64,000 bases of DNA, taken from Candidatus Latescibacterota bacterium. Its GTDB lineage: Bacteria > Latescibacterota > UBA2968. Of this stretch, positions 1 through 9,969 are shown piece after piece; positions within the stretch are counted from its first letter, which is position 1; each line of letters opens with the position of its first letter. The stretch lies in contig OZ240241.1 in NCBI GenBank assembly GCA_965198115.1, forward strand, positions 6,880,001 through 6,944,000. The letters are read 5' to 3'. The notes under the pieces were generated by a model. It was given only the letters and a program-made list of their open reading frames with translations, searched no databases and was not told where the DNA came from. The translations under genes were made by a program, and so were the position numbers.

Positions 1-34
1 CCGGGGCCGACTGGCGTTCGCTACTGAAAAAATT

Positions 35-1454
35 GGCTCTATCCGGGTTTCTCAACGGTGAAACTATAGAATGACAAGGTCATAGATCGTTCCCTACGCT
101 TGGTTGTGTGTGTAGGACAATCAAAGCGAAGGGGGTGCGACCTATGACCGGGAGCAGATTACTATCGAAACTGCTGAGATTCAAGGGGTTCCGTGTTGTC
201 AGCTGGTGGTTTGAGGGGAGAAGCTGCTTCGTCATCGCCGTAAAGCCACATAAGAATGGTTGTTGTTGTCCGGAGTGCGGCCGTCGAGGTAAAATCGTCC
301 GCACAATGCCCCATCCGCGTCGGTGGCGTGACATTCCGGTGTGCGGGTGGAGGGTCTGGCTTCTCTACCATCCTCGGGAGATTCGGTGTCCTACCCACGG
401 TCGTGTGGTCGAGGAGATTCCGTGGGCGGAGCGGTTCTCTCGGGTGACGTATCGCTTCGAGTATGCCATGCTGCGCTACTGCCAGACCATGATGCAGAAG
501 GCGGCGTCCGAGTTGCTGCGCATCTCTGCCTCGACGCTGTCGGATCTCCTTCACCGATCCATCACGCGGCTTCGTGAAGGTCATCGTATCCGAGGGCTCA
601 AAACCATCGGGATCGACGAGATCTCCTACGCCAAGCGTCACAGGTACGCCACGCTCGTTTACGATCTGGACCGCTCCTGCGTGGTGTGGGTTGGCCGCGG
701 CAGGGCGCGTAAAACGATCGATCGGTTCTTCACAGAGGCTCTCAGTCCCTACCGGAGATCCAAGATCGAGTGGGCCTGCTGCGACATGAGCGAAGCTTAC
801 ATCGGAGCCATCCAGGAACACTGTCCGAATGCCAAGCTGGTCCTCGATCGCTTTCACATCGTCAAGGCTCTCAATGCCGCCGTTGACGAGGTCCGTAAGG
901 ACCAGTGGCGTAAAGCTGCCCCGGATGAGCGCAAAGCCATGAAGGGCCTCCGATGGCTCCTCTACCGGCACTCAGCGACACGCTCCAGAGGGGATACTCG
1001 GACACTCAAAGCACTGGAGAAGGCGAACTACCGAATCTATAGAGCCTGGAGACTCAAGGACGAGTTCGAGCAGTTCTGGGAATACAAAGCGCCCTGGGCT
1101 GCCGAACGCTTCCTGAAATGCTGGACGACGTCCGCACTCAGAAGTCGACGTGAACCCCTGCGAAAGTTCGTCAGGACCCTGCGACAGCACTTCTTCGGCG
1201 TCCTCGCATTCGTGAACACGCGTCTTACCAACGCCATCGCCGAAGGCCTCAACCGAATCGTCCAAATCGTCAAGAACCGAGCCAGCGGATTCCGCACACT
1301 CGACGCATTCAACGATATGATCTTCCTTACCGTCGGAGACATAAACATCCCTGAGCAGATTCCGAAGAGGTTCCGCACACTCTAACCGCGCCCCCATGCC
1401 AGGAACCACGGCACCTTCACCCACTTCATCTCGTTGAGAGATCCGGATATAGCC
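35..1454 (+). mobile_element. ISL3-family insertion sequence, copy 1 (1420 bp)
   Basis: 23-bp imperfect terminal inverted repeats (GGCTCTATCCGGGTTTCTCAACG vs GGCTATATCCGGATCTCTCAACG on the opposite strand); 8-bp AT-rich target duplication AAAAAATT at 27-34 and 1455-1462; near-identical copies at 12475 and 61311. Confidence 0.95.
108..1385 (+). CDS. ISL3-family DDE transposase
   Basis: CPECG zinc finger and IGIDE, CCDMS, LDRFH, TNAIAEGLN motifs typical of DDE_Tnp_ISL3. The true start may be the ATG at 144. Confidence 0.95.
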   Translation: MCRTIKAKGVRPMTGSRLLSKLLRFKGFRVVSWWFEGRSCFVIAVKPHKNGCCCPECGRRGKIVRTMPHPRRWRDIPVCGWRVWLLYHPREIRCPTHGRVVEEIPWAERFSRVTYRFEYAMLRYCQTMMQKAASELLRISASTLSDLLHRSITRLREGHRIRGLKTIGIDEISYAKRHRYATLVYDLDRSCVVWVGRGRARKTIDRFFTEALSPYRRSKIEWACCDMSEAYIGAIQEHCPNAKLVLDRFHIVKALNAAVDEVRKDQWRKAAPDERKAMKGLRWLLYRHSATRSRGDTRTLKALEKANYRIYRAWRLKDEFEQFWEYKAPWAAERFLKCWTTSALRSRREPLRKFVRTLRQHFFGVLAFVNTRLTNAIAEGLNRIVQIVKNRASGFRTLDAFNDMIFLTVGDINIPEQIPKRFRTL

Positions 1455-2819
1455 AAAAAATTGGGGTAGAAGATCTCTGGATGCGAGGAGCAATTCCTCA
1501 AGCATCGTTTCGGCTTTCTCCGGTAGAATAGCCATCTCGTCGACCATTAACGCTTGCAGGGCGAGACCCCGGTCGCCGGTTACCGCGGCGTCGGCAACCA
1601 ACTCGTGCCAAACGAATCGCTTTTCGAGGAGGCCCTTGAGGACCGGCGGTGCCTTTCCTGTCTGAATCGGCCGTACCCCTGTATAGTCCGTCACGCCTTC
1701 AAGTTCGACTTCGGCCGTGGCTGGGAGGTTGGGGATGGCGCCCTGGTTGGGGACGTTGACGATGTGCACGCGCCGTCGTCCGTGGACGATGTCGCCTATG
1801 AGTGACGCAATACCCTCACCCGTGATCGAGTCATCCAGCTTGTCGGGGAGTTCGACCTCGTCGAGCAGATTTTGGTAGGACTCGAAGAAGCCGGAGCGAA
1901 CTTCCGGTGTGGGTGGTTCGGCACTGGGCGATGGTTTGGAAGGATCGTAGCCGTGACGTTTGAGACTTTCCGTCATGCCGTAGGGTAGGCTGCGAACATC
2001 GCCAGACGTGTGGGTGAGGAAGGGATAGAATTCCACGATGTGATCGTCGGACGGGTAGACGATGTGGTAGCCGTAAATCTGGGATAGGGCTGCGCTCAGT
2101 CGCTTACCCTCGGGGGCGTGGCGCCCGGCGACTCGCTGCATGAGGTCGGGATAGACGTCGATGTTCTTATTCATCACTCGAGTGAACCAAAAGTAGTGGT
2201 TCGTGCCGATCCAGTCGCAGTTCAGGTCCTCTACCGGGATCTCGAGGATCTCGGCTGCGTAGGCCAGGCCGCTCTGAACGCCGTGGCAGATTCCGACGAC
2301 GTTAATGTCCGTGTGCTTGTGCATCGCGCGACAGAGGACGGCCATCGGGTTCGAATGGTTGAAAAGGATGACGTTCGGACAACGTTTCTGCATCTCGCGG
2401 CAGATTTCGATGTAGGCCGGAATCGATCGCAGCGCCATCATCATGCCGGCAGGTCCGCACGTGTCCCCGATCACCTGGGAGATGCCGTACTTGGTCGGAA
2501 TCCTGATATCCGCATTGTGGAAGTTGGAGTCGTAAACATTCCGCGTGATCTCGGCCCCGCTCCCCCCGATGGATGAGAGTGCAAAATCGGCACCGTCTAC
2601 GGCGTCAGCCAGATCGATGGTTGAGCGCACTCTGAATCCTGTCGTTGCACGGTCGGCGAGCCGGCGACCCATTTCGGCCATCATCTGGACCTTCTCTCCA
2701 TCGATGTCGTAGAGGACAAGTTCGCTCCCGGCAAGGTCCTGGCTGATCAGCAGATCGGGTAAAGCCCTTCTGAAGTAGAGGCTGCCACCGCCGAGACATA
2801 CGATTTTCTTCGTGCTCAT
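972..2819 (-). CDS. Family 4 glycoside hydrolase (alpha-galactosidase/glucosidase-like) whose C-terminus reads through into ISL3
   Basis: Start MSTKKIVCLGGGS (NAD-binding) at 2819; GDTCGPAG, NHSNPM, GICHG and GTNH motifs of GH4. Native sequence ends at LLPQFF (~1455); the remainder is antisense IS sequence. Confidence 0.9.
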   Translation of the reverse strand: MSTKKIVCLGGGSLYFRRALPDLLISQDLAGSELVLYDIDGEKVQMMAEMGRRLADRATTGFRVRSTIDLADAVDGADFALSSIGGSGAEITRNVYDSNFHNADIRIPTKYGISQVIGDTCGPAGMMMALRSIPAYIEICREMQKRCPNVILFNHSNPMAVLCRAMHKHTDINVVGICHGVQSGLAYAAEILEIPVEDLNCDWIGTNHYFWFTRVMNKNIDVYPDLMQRVAGRHAPEGKRLSAALSQIYGYHIVYPSDDHIVEFYPFLTHTSGDVRSLPYGMTESLKRHGYDPSKPSPSAEPPTPEVRSGFFESYQNLLDEVELPDKLDDSITGEGIASLIGDIVHGRRRVHIVNVPNQGAIPNLPATAEVELEGVTDYTGVRPIQTGKAPPVLKGLLEKRFVWHELVADAAVTGDRGLALQALMVDEMAILPEKAETMLEELLLASRDLLPQFFGYIRISQRDEVGEGAVVPGMGARLECAEPLRNLLRDVYVSDGKEDHIVECVECAESAGSVLDDLDDSVEAFGDGVGKTRVHECEDAEEVLSQGPDELSQGFTSTSECGRRPAFQEAFGSPGRFVFPELLELVLESPGSIDSVVRLLQCFECPSIPSGACR

Positions 2820-2979
2820 TGGGAAGCTCCGGACGAGTCTGCCTCGTCGTCGGACAATTGGGTTGCTGCTCCTCCGGGTCGCCGTTATACTGGCGAGAAT
2901 TGGCAAGATAACGTGGTCCGAGGGAAACCGCATTCTTATCGAACTGTTGAGCTGAACACCCTTCGGTGAAAGCCCCACG

Positions 2980-4413
2980 ATGCCTGATACCCCTAACGTA
3001 TTGCTGATTTGCGTCGATCACTGGCCGGGTCTGTTGATGGGAGCGGCAGGTCATCCGCGCGTCCTAACGCCGACGCTGGATGAGCTGGCGACTAACGGCG
3101 TGCGATTTTCGCAGGCCTACACGTCGACGCCGACGTGTAGGCCGGCCCGGCGGGCGCTGATGACGGGCACGACAGCGAGACGACACGGGGATCGGATCTT
3201 CAACGAGCACGGTCCGATGGATCCGACGTTGCCCACGATGCCCCAGGTGTTCAGGGATGCCGGCTATCAGGCCTACGCCGTGGGGAAGTTGCACGTCTAC
3301 CCCCAGCGCGACCGCATCGGGTTCGACGAAGTGATCTCGAACGAAGAAGGGCGTCATCACCTCGGCGGGGATGACGACGATTACGAGCGTTTTCTGAAGC
3401 GGGAAGGGTATCCCGGTCAGGAGTTGACCCACGCGATGGGCAACAACGAGTATGAAGTCCGACCCTGGCACCTGCCCGAGTATTGCCACCCGACGAACTG
3501 GACCGTTCGAGAGATGTGTCAGGTCATTCAGCGTCGGGACCCGACACGTCCTGCCTTCTGGTACTGCTCGTTCGTGACTCCACATCCACCGGTCGTGCCA
3601 CCACGCGATTATCTGGATCTATACGACCGAATCGGCGTAGATGAACCCGTCGTTGCGGACTGGGCTCGGGAACTCGAACAGTTGCCTCACCCCCTGCGCA
3701 AGCACCACGCCGGGTTTCCGCAGGATCCGACAACGATCAAGCTCGCACGACAGGGCTTCTTCGCGCAGTGTACCTACATCGATCACCAGATCAGGTTGTT
3801 GATCGGGGAACTACGCGAAGAAGGCATCCTGGATGACACGATCGTCATGTTCGTGTCCGATCACGGCGATATGCTGGGCAACCATCGGCTCTGGGCGAAA
3901 CCGCCGATGCACGAGTGGTCGGCCAAGATTCCGATGATTCTGGTGCCGACGGCTGGTTACGACAGAATCGGCCATCACCTGACGGACCACCGCCTGGCTG
4001 AGTTGCGTGACGTGATGCCGACATTACTCGATCTGTGCGGTATTCCGATTCCGGACACGGTTGAAGGAATGTCGTTGGCTTCTGACGAGACTCGCAGTCA
4101 CCTCTATTGTGAACACGGTGAAGATGCGATGGCCATGCGTATGATCCGTGCCGATCAGCACAAGCTGATCTGGTATCCCGTGGGAAACCACCTACAGTTG
4201 TTCGATTTGGAGGGTGACCCACAGGAGATGGAAAACGTTATCGACGAGCCAGGCTATGCCAACGTGAGAGAGAAGCTCACGGGACTCCTACTTGGAGAGC
4301 TCTACGGGTGTGATCTGGATTGGATCGAGGACGGTAAGCTGATCGGACTGCCGGAGATCGGCTACGAACCACAACCGAATCGTGGGCTGTCGGGGCAGCG
4401 CGGTTGGCGATGA
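2980..4413 (+). CDS. Formylglycine-dependent (S1) sulfatase
   Basis: PNVLLICVD, CRPARRALMTG (CxPxR), GKLH and SDHGD motifs. Confidence 0.93.
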   Translation: MPDTPNVLLICVDHWPGLLMGAAGHPRVLTPTLDELATNGVRFSQAYTSTPTCRPARRALMTGTTARRHGDRIFNEHGPMDPTLPTMPQVFRDAGYQAYAVGKLHVYPQRDRIGFDEVISNEEGRHHLGGDDDDYERFLKREGYPGQELTHAMGNNEYEVRPWHLPEYCHPTNWTVREMCQVIQRRDPTRPAFWYCSFVTPHPPVVPPRDYLDLYDRIGVDEPVVADWARELEQLPHPLRKHHAGFPQDPTTIKLARQGFFAQCTYIDHQIRLLIGELREEGILDDTIVMFVSDHGDMLGNHRLWAKPPMHEWSAKIPMILVPTAGYDRIGHHLTDHRLAELRDVMPTLLDLCGIPIPDTVEGMSLASDETRSHLYCEHGEDAMAMRMIRADQHKLIWYPVGNHLQLFDLEGDPQEMENVIDEPGYANVREKLTGLLLGELYGCDLDWIEDGKLIGLPEIGYEPQPNRGLSGQRGWR

Positions 4414-4472
4414 ACCGGGGAGCCAGGGAGAAAGGATCCGTAGACGGTGGACAAGAGACGGGCGGGAGCGGC

Positions 4473-4497
4473 CCTTCGACTCCGCTTCAGGGCAGGC
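4473..4497 (+). repeat. REP-like repeat family A (CTTCGACTSCGCTCAG), copy 1
   Basis: CCTTCGACTCCGCTTCAGGGCAGGC; related copies at 5525 and 12313. Confidence 0.6.
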
Positions 4498-4575
4498 TCT
4501 TCGGGCTGCGAACCTTATGTCGCCGCTAGAGGCCCTACCCTGGGTGTCCGGCGAAAAGGGAACAAGAAGATCAAA

Positions 4576-4610
4576 ATGGGCCCCGGCTCAGAAGCTTACC
4601 GGGGTGACAA
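4576..4610 (+). repeat. REP-like hairpin family B (GGNCCCGG...CCGGGGTGACA), copy 1
   Basis: ATGGGCCCCGGCTCAGAAGCTTACCGGGGTGACAA; homologous copies at 22480-22514 (-) and 22547-22579 (+). Confidence 0.65.
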
Positions 4611-4656
4611 TCATTCTCGTGGCGGTTTGTCCGAGAGATTCCTAGGAGTGTAACGC

Positions 4657-5478
4657 ATGATGATCATCGATAGTCATTTGCATATTTGGAGTCTGGATAC
4701 GGATCAGTATCCGTTTGCGGAAGGGCGGAATACGGAAGAGGAGGGGTCGGCGGAACTATTGTTGGAAACGATGGAGGCGAATGGCGTTTCGCACTCCGTG
4801 ATCGTACAACCGATTCATTACGTGTATGACAATCGGTATGTGACGGATATGATGAAAAAGTATCCGGGGAAGTTCGCGGGGATGGCGATTATGGACCGTC
4901 ACGCACCAGATGCGCCGGAGCAGCTCGAGCGATTGGTGAAAGAGGATGGGTTTTCGGGTTTGCGGATGCATTTGTCACGCCCTGATGACGCCGCGGAATG
5001 GGCTGCGCCCGATCAGGATCGGATCTGGCAGAAGGCGGAGGAACTGGGTGCTTCATTCCTGAGCTTTGGACCGGCGGAGAAACAGCCGGCGGTGGAACCG
5101 ATCATTGCCAGGTATCCCAACGTGAAGGTGATTCTGGATCATTTGGGTGGCGCTCCGACCCTCGAGGAGGCGCCGTATCCGTTGCTTCAGAACGTGCTGA
5201 ATTTGGCGAAGTATCCGAATGTGTATGTGAAATTCACGCCTCAGGCCGGTCAGTCGAAAGAAGATTTTCCGCTGAGCGACACACACTCGACCTACGAGCG
5301 GATCTATGATGCGTTCGGTCCGCAGCGTCTGATGTGGGGCACGGACTTTCCGCACATCTTCAGAAACATCGGATATCCGAAGGCCGTCGAAATGTTCCGC
5401 GACCATCTTCCTTTTCTGACCGAGGAGGACAAGGAGTGGTTGTTCGCCAAAACGGCGCTGAGTATCTGGTCGTTCTGA
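4657..5478 (+). CDS. Amidohydrolase-2 family (lactonase-like) protein
   Basis: DSHLH, DHLG and MWGTDFP motifs; AGGAG RBS upstream. Confidence 0.9.
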   Translation: MMIIDSHLHIWSLDTDQYPFAEGRNTEEEGSAELLLETMEANGVSHSVIVQPIHYVYDNRYVTDMMKKYPGKFAGMAIMDRHAPDAPEQLERLVKEDGFSGLRMHLSRPDDAAEWAAPDQDRIWQKAEELGASFLSFGPAEKQPAVEPIIARYPNVKVILDHLGGAPTLEEAPYPLLQNVLNLAKYPNVYVKFTPQAGQSKEDFPLSDTHSTYERIYDAFGPQRLMWGTDFPHIFRNIGYPKAVEMFRDHLPFLTEEDKEWLFAKTALSIWSF

Positions 5479-5524
5479 AGGCCCTATTCGTGAGGAATAC
5501 AGAGCCAGTTTCGGTGGGAGCCGT

Positions 5525-5542
5525 CCTTCGACTCCGCTCAGG
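5525..5542 (+). repeat. REP-like repeat family A, copy 2
   Basis: CCTTCGACTCCGCTCAGG in the intergenic space before hxlA. Confidence 0.6.
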
Positions 5543-5566
5543 ATGTACCTCCCGACGGCGAACTGG

Positions 5567-6208
5567 ATGAATCGGACACCCCAACTACAACTGGCCGTTG
5601 ATGTACTGACGATCGATGAGGCTCTCTCTGCCGTCGAGAAAGTTCACGCTTCGGTCGACATCATCGAGGTAGGGACGCCGCTGGTGATCGAGTGCGGGTT
5701 GAAGCCTGTAGAATTGCTCAAGGCGGAGTACCCGGACAAGCAAGTGCTGGCGGATCTGAAGGTTATGGACGCTGGGCATATCGAGGCCTCCAGCGGATTC
5801 GGGTGGGGGGCGGATATTGTGACGGTTTTAGGGTTGGCGGATGAAGCGACGATCCGCGGCGCCGTTGATGCTGCTGAGGACCGCGGAAGGGTCATGGCAG
5901 ATCTGATTCAGGTGCCGGATCCGGCGCGTCGTGCGAAGGAGTTGCTCGAGATGGGCGTTCACCTACTCTGTCTGCATACGGCGTATGATCGACGCGATGA
6001 AGGGGTGGATCCGCTGGTCGAGTTGCACGCGGTCAGGCCGGAGGTCGATTTGCCGCTTGGGATCGCAGGTGGCTTGAAGTTGGAAAACACGGCCGATGTC
6101 GTGAGGGGCGGTGCGGACATTGTCGTGGTTGGAGGGGCGATTCAGAATGCAGGAGATCCAGCTAGAATGGCAGCTGACATCAAAGATGCAATGATGGGGG
6201 CAGCTTGA
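5567..6208 (+). CDS. hxlA: 3-hexulose-6-phosphate synthase
   Basis: LQLAVD, IIEVGTPL, ADLKVMDAG and IAGGL motifs (HPS/OMP decarboxylase fold); overlaps hxlB. Confidence 0.88.
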   Translation: MNRTPQLQLAVDVLTIDEALSAVEKVHASVDIIEVGTPLVIECGLKPVELLKAEYPDKQVLADLKVMDAGHIEASSGFGWGADIVTVLGLADEATIRGAVDAAEDRGRVMADLIQVPDPARRAKELLEMGVHLLCLHTAYDRRDEGVDPLVELHAVRPEVDLPLGIAGGLKLENTADVVRGGADIVVVGGAIQNAGDPARMAADIKDAMMGAA

Positions 6209-6759
6209 AATACATCATTAAGTCGATTGCGGCAGAAGTGAGTGAATGTCTCGCGCAGGTTTCGCCTGATGAGGTCGAGGGAGCGGTGGACCTTCTGGCT
6301 GGCGTGCCCCGCGTTTTCGTGGCGGGGGCCGGGCGAAGCGCTCTGGGCATTCGTGGGTTCGCGATGCGGCTGATGCATCTAGGTGTGACGTCCCACGTCG
6401 TCGGAGACACCACGACGCCACGCATCGTTTCGGGCGACCTTCTCGTCATTGGGTCGGGATCGGGACGTACGTCCAGTCTGCTTTCAGCGGCGGAAAGGGC
6501 GCGTGCTGTCGGTGCTTCGATTCTTCTCGTGACGATCGATCCCGCCTCGCCAACCGGGCAACTTGCTGACTTCGTCATTCGCATACCAGCGCCCTCCCCG
6601 AAAGCAACGGGGGGAGGCGAATCGACCTCTATTCAACCGATGGGGTCGCTTTTCGAACAATGTCTGTTTTTGCTGCTCGATTCGATCATCCTGATGTTGA
6701 TGGAGAAGCGGTCCATCAATGCTGAGGAGATGTTCGGGCGTCACGCCAACCTGGAATAA
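6205..6759 (+). CDS. hxlB: 6-phospho-3-hexuloisomerase (SIS domain)
   Basis: GAGRS, FAMRLMHLG, SGSG.T, QPMGSLFEQ and terminal RHANLE motifs. Confidence 0.92.
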   Translation: MKYIIKSIAAEVSECLAQVSPDEVEGAVDLLAGVPRVFVAGAGRSALGIRGFAMRLMHLGVTSHVVGDTTTPRIVSGDLLVIGSGSGRTSSLLSAAERARAVGASILLVTIDPASPTGQLADFVIRIPAPSPKATGGGESTSIQPMGSLFEQCLFLLLDSIILMLMEKRSINAEEMFGRHANLE

Positions 6760-6761
6760 AC

Positions 6762-7729
6762 GTGGCTGACGCGGCTGCTATCGAACACGGACCGATCCGG
6801 ACGGTTCAACAGGACGAGAACCATAACGCTTTCACCGATCTATGCCGGTTCAAGGGACGGTACTTCCTCGCCTTTCGCAGCTGCCCCGAGGTCACTCTGT
6901 CGCAATCGCACGCGTGGTGATTGTCACGAGTGAAGATGGCGAGCAGTGGACGGAAGCGTTCAGTTTCGCCGTTCCGAATCGTGACCCGCGCGACCCCCAC
7001 TTCTTAGAGTTCAAAGGCAGATTGTTCGTCTTTTCGGGTACGTGGCTCGTTCCTGAGAACGGGCTTCTCAATCTGAACGAGCATCTGGGTTATGCTGTGT
7101 GGTCGAAGGACGGCGAGGTCTGGGAAGGGCCTGCCCCCATGGAAGGGACCTACGGGCACTACGTCTGGCGCGCTGCCGCGTACGAAGACCGAGCATTTCT
7201 ATGCGGACGGCGCCGGCGCGCTTTCCAGTCAGGCATCGAGAGCGAACAGACCCCTGCTTCGATCGAGGGTGCCATGCTCGTAAGCGAAGACGGCATCATC
7301 TGGCGATTCAGAACGTTCTTCGACGAATCGTATGGCGATGAGACCGCTTTCCTGTTCGAGGAGGATGGGTCGATACTCGCGATCGCAAGAGACGGTGCGG
7401 GCGAACGTGCTCGCGTCTGTCGCTCGGATTCACCGTGGCATACGTGGACACGGACCCCGCTGGATCGCAACGTGGGTGGTCCGATGATCGCGGCCTGGGG
7501 AGATCGTCATCTGGTTGGCGGCCGCAAGTATGGCGAAAATCGCGTTGAGTCGATGATGCTCTACTGGCTCATTGACGACCAGCTGCAGGAAGTGGTCGAA
7601 CTGCCTAGCGGTGGTGATTGCTCGTATCCGGGATTCGTCGCCAGAGACGACAAGCAGGGCCTTTTGTCGTACTACTCGAGCCACGAGGGGTCGTCGTCGA
7701 TCTATGTGACGGATTTAGTGCTGAAGTAG
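6762..7729 (+). CDS. Sialidase-like beta-propeller protein (frameshift near 6890)
   Basis: The frame from GTG 6762 gives HNAFTDLCRFKGRYFLAFRSCPE and joins ORF 6842-7729 if one G is restored; DPRDP and SGGDCSYPG motifs. Confidence 0.7.
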
Positions 7730-7926
7730 GTGCGATTCTTCGATTGCATCCCAACCGATCCGAGGTGATGTGACGCGTCCCGATTGTTCGACGTAAGGGC
7801 TCGGATCCTGCACTTCATTCCGAGAATCCCGGGCTCTTCGAGCCCCGGGCTGAGAGACGGGCCTCTTCAGGGCCGGGAGGCAAGACAGCTCGATTACTTT
7901 TCATTTCCGTGAGCTATGGAGAAGAG

Positions 7927-8766
7927 ATGATCATCGATACGCATACGCATTTCTATGATCCGACGCGGCCGCAGGGCGTGCCGTGGCCGACGGAGGACAA
8001 CGAGCTCCTGTATCGCACTGTCCTGCCTGAACACCATCGTGATGTGTCACAGAAGGAGGGCGTCACAGGAACGGTCGTTGTCGAAGCAAGCGCGTGGTTG
8101 GAGGACAATCAATGGATCCTGGACCTGGCTGCCGACGATCCGTGGATCGTGGGATTGGTCGGCCACGTTGACCCCAACCGAGAAGATTTCGCGAGCGATA
8201 TCCAACGGCTGGCGGAGAATCCGCTGTTCAGGGGGATCAGGCTCGGCGGAGGATGGTTCGAGGATATCGACGCAGGCAGCCTGATGGCCGACATCGAGAC
8301 GTTGGCAGAGAAGGGGCTCGAACTCGATGTGTTGATGAATGTGGAGCGTTGGGACAACCTGTGTGAGGTCGCGAAGCGGCTGCCCGAACTGACAATCGTG
8401 ATCAATCACATCGCACTCGTACCGGTGGATGGGAATGCGCCTGATTCGAACTGGACCGAGTGCATGCACCGGGCGGCAGAGTATCCCAAGGTCTTTATGA
8501 AGGGTTCTGGTGTCGTGGAGACAACACCAACGCTGCCAGCGCCTGCCGATCCAGCATACTATGCGCCGACCTTGGATGTGCTTTGGGATGCGTTTGGCGA
8601 GGATCGAATCGTCTACGGCAGCAACTGGCCTGTTTCAGATGGATATGCGGATTACGCGACGATGATCAATGTCGTGCGGATGTATTTCGAGGCGAAGGGC
8701 GAGGCGGCGGCGGAGAAGTACTGGTGGAAGAACGCGAAGGCGGCTTACGAGTACATTGAACGTTGA
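7927..8766 (+). CDS. Amidohydrolase-2 family (L-fuconolactonase-like) protein
   Basis: IIDTHTHF, VVVEAS, INHIA and YGSNWPVS motifs. Confidence 0.88.
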   Translation: MIIDTHTHFYDPTRPQGVPWPTEDNELLYRTVLPEHHRDVSQKEGVTGTVVVEASAWLEDNQWILDLAADDPWIVGLVGHVDPNREDFASDIQRLAENPLFRGIRLGGGWFEDIDAGSLMADIETLAEKGLELDVLMNVERWDNLCEVAKRLPELTIVINHIALVPVDGNAPDSNWTECMHRAAEYPKVFMKGSGVVETTPTLPAPADPAYYAPTLDVLWDAFGEDRIVYGSNWPVSDGYADYATMINVVRMYFEAKGEAAAEKYWWKNAKAAYEYIER

Positions 8767-8812
8767 AATAGAATATTGAATATGTGGGTTGTGTGGCGAT
8801 GAGCTGAGAACG

Positions 8813-9813
8813 TCACTCAATCAGTCTTGCGCCTTCGACCAGAACGCGGAGCTTTTCCCGTGCGGTTTCGATCGGGAGCCAGACGAGGCCGCAGTCGGAG
8901 GCTGCCCAGACGCGATCCTTCCCCAGCACATTCGCAGCACCCCGCAGCTTTGCACAGACCTCCGCAGGGTCTTCCACGACCGTGCACGCTTGTCGACGGC
9001 ACCGAAGACGATCTGTTTATCCTCTGGTAGTGCATTGAAAACCTCCGGCTGCAGGCCGCTGCACGTGCATTCGAAAGCGACCTGTCTGGCTCTGCTTCGG
9101 CCGATGTCGGGCAGGATGGACGCAAGCGTGTCGATGGTCTTCCGGTCTCGGATTGTCGACGTGTCGTTAGCCGGGCGATAGCCGAAACAGAAGTGAATAC
9201 ACGTCGTGGCTTCGATACCCTCGAATGCCCGGTCGAGGGCGGCTCTGCCCCAATCTTTGAAGGCGTCCGGTCTCACAATGGCGCCCGGCTCATCAAGTTG
9301 GATGACGTCGCAGCCCTCCTTTTGCAGGTCCAGGATCTCCTCGTGCAACGCATCGGCGAGTGCCATTGCCAGATCGGCATCTTTCCGATAGTGCTCATTC
9401 TCGAGAGGCAGCATCGCGGTCATCGGGCCGGGTAATGTCATCTTTACACGCCGGTTCGTGTGCGCTTTGAGAAAGCGCAGATCCTCTAGCGCGTGCGGGT
9501 GCTTGCGGCTGATATTTCCGACAACGATCGGCGAAGCCTTGTCGATGGTGTTCTCGCCGACGTCGGCCATGTTCGATTGCTTTGCATCAATACCGTCGAG
9601 CGAAGCGATAAATCTGCTTATGTAGTGCATCCGGCGCTGCTCACCGTCTGTGATGACGTCGATGCCGATGTTTTCCTGGTCGAGGATCGAGATGCGTGCG
9701 GCATCGTCCTTTCCTTCCCGCAAAGCCTCCCCGGCGACTCGCCAGAGGCGGATGTTATCGTCCTGGACCAACCACTTGGGTTTGGGCATACTGCCGATGA
9801 CGGTGGTAGTCAT
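8813..9813 (-). CDS. Cobalamin-independent methionine synthase-like protein, catalytic domain only (frameshift near 8980)
   Basis: TTVIGSMPKP, TDGEQRR, LPGPMT, IQLDEP and HFCFG motifs; the shifted frame continues VVEDPAEV...ASDCGL...KLRVLVEGARLIE*, supplying the last Zn-binding Cys. Confidence 0.8.
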
Positions 9814-9846
9814 TGAAAATTGAACATTGAAGATTGAGAATTGAAA
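9811..9846. repeat. AT-rich heptamer tandem repeat (ATTGAAN)n
   Basis: CATTGAA AATTGAA CATTGAA GATTGAG AATTGAA; a related array lies at 8754-8783. Confidence 0.75.
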
Positions 9847-9969
9847 CCCCTTCCGTCGGTGGTTGGGCGACTCGGATACTGGAAGGGGAAGCATCGGGAT
9901 CTAATTAAAAGAACCCGATGCCAATGTAAGGATAGAAACGGATCGCAAACAAAGGTCGCGTGAGGATGT

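Noticed and set aside
162-971. 269-aa antisense ORF inside ISL3
   Set aside because: It is a codon-phase shadow of the transposase and is broken by a stop in copies 2 and 3 through a synonymous change.
7820-7880. GC-rich hairpins (CCCGGGCTC...GAGCCCCGGG) as a riboswitch or third REP family
   Set aside because: Only one clear copy is present, with no recognisable aptamer consensus.
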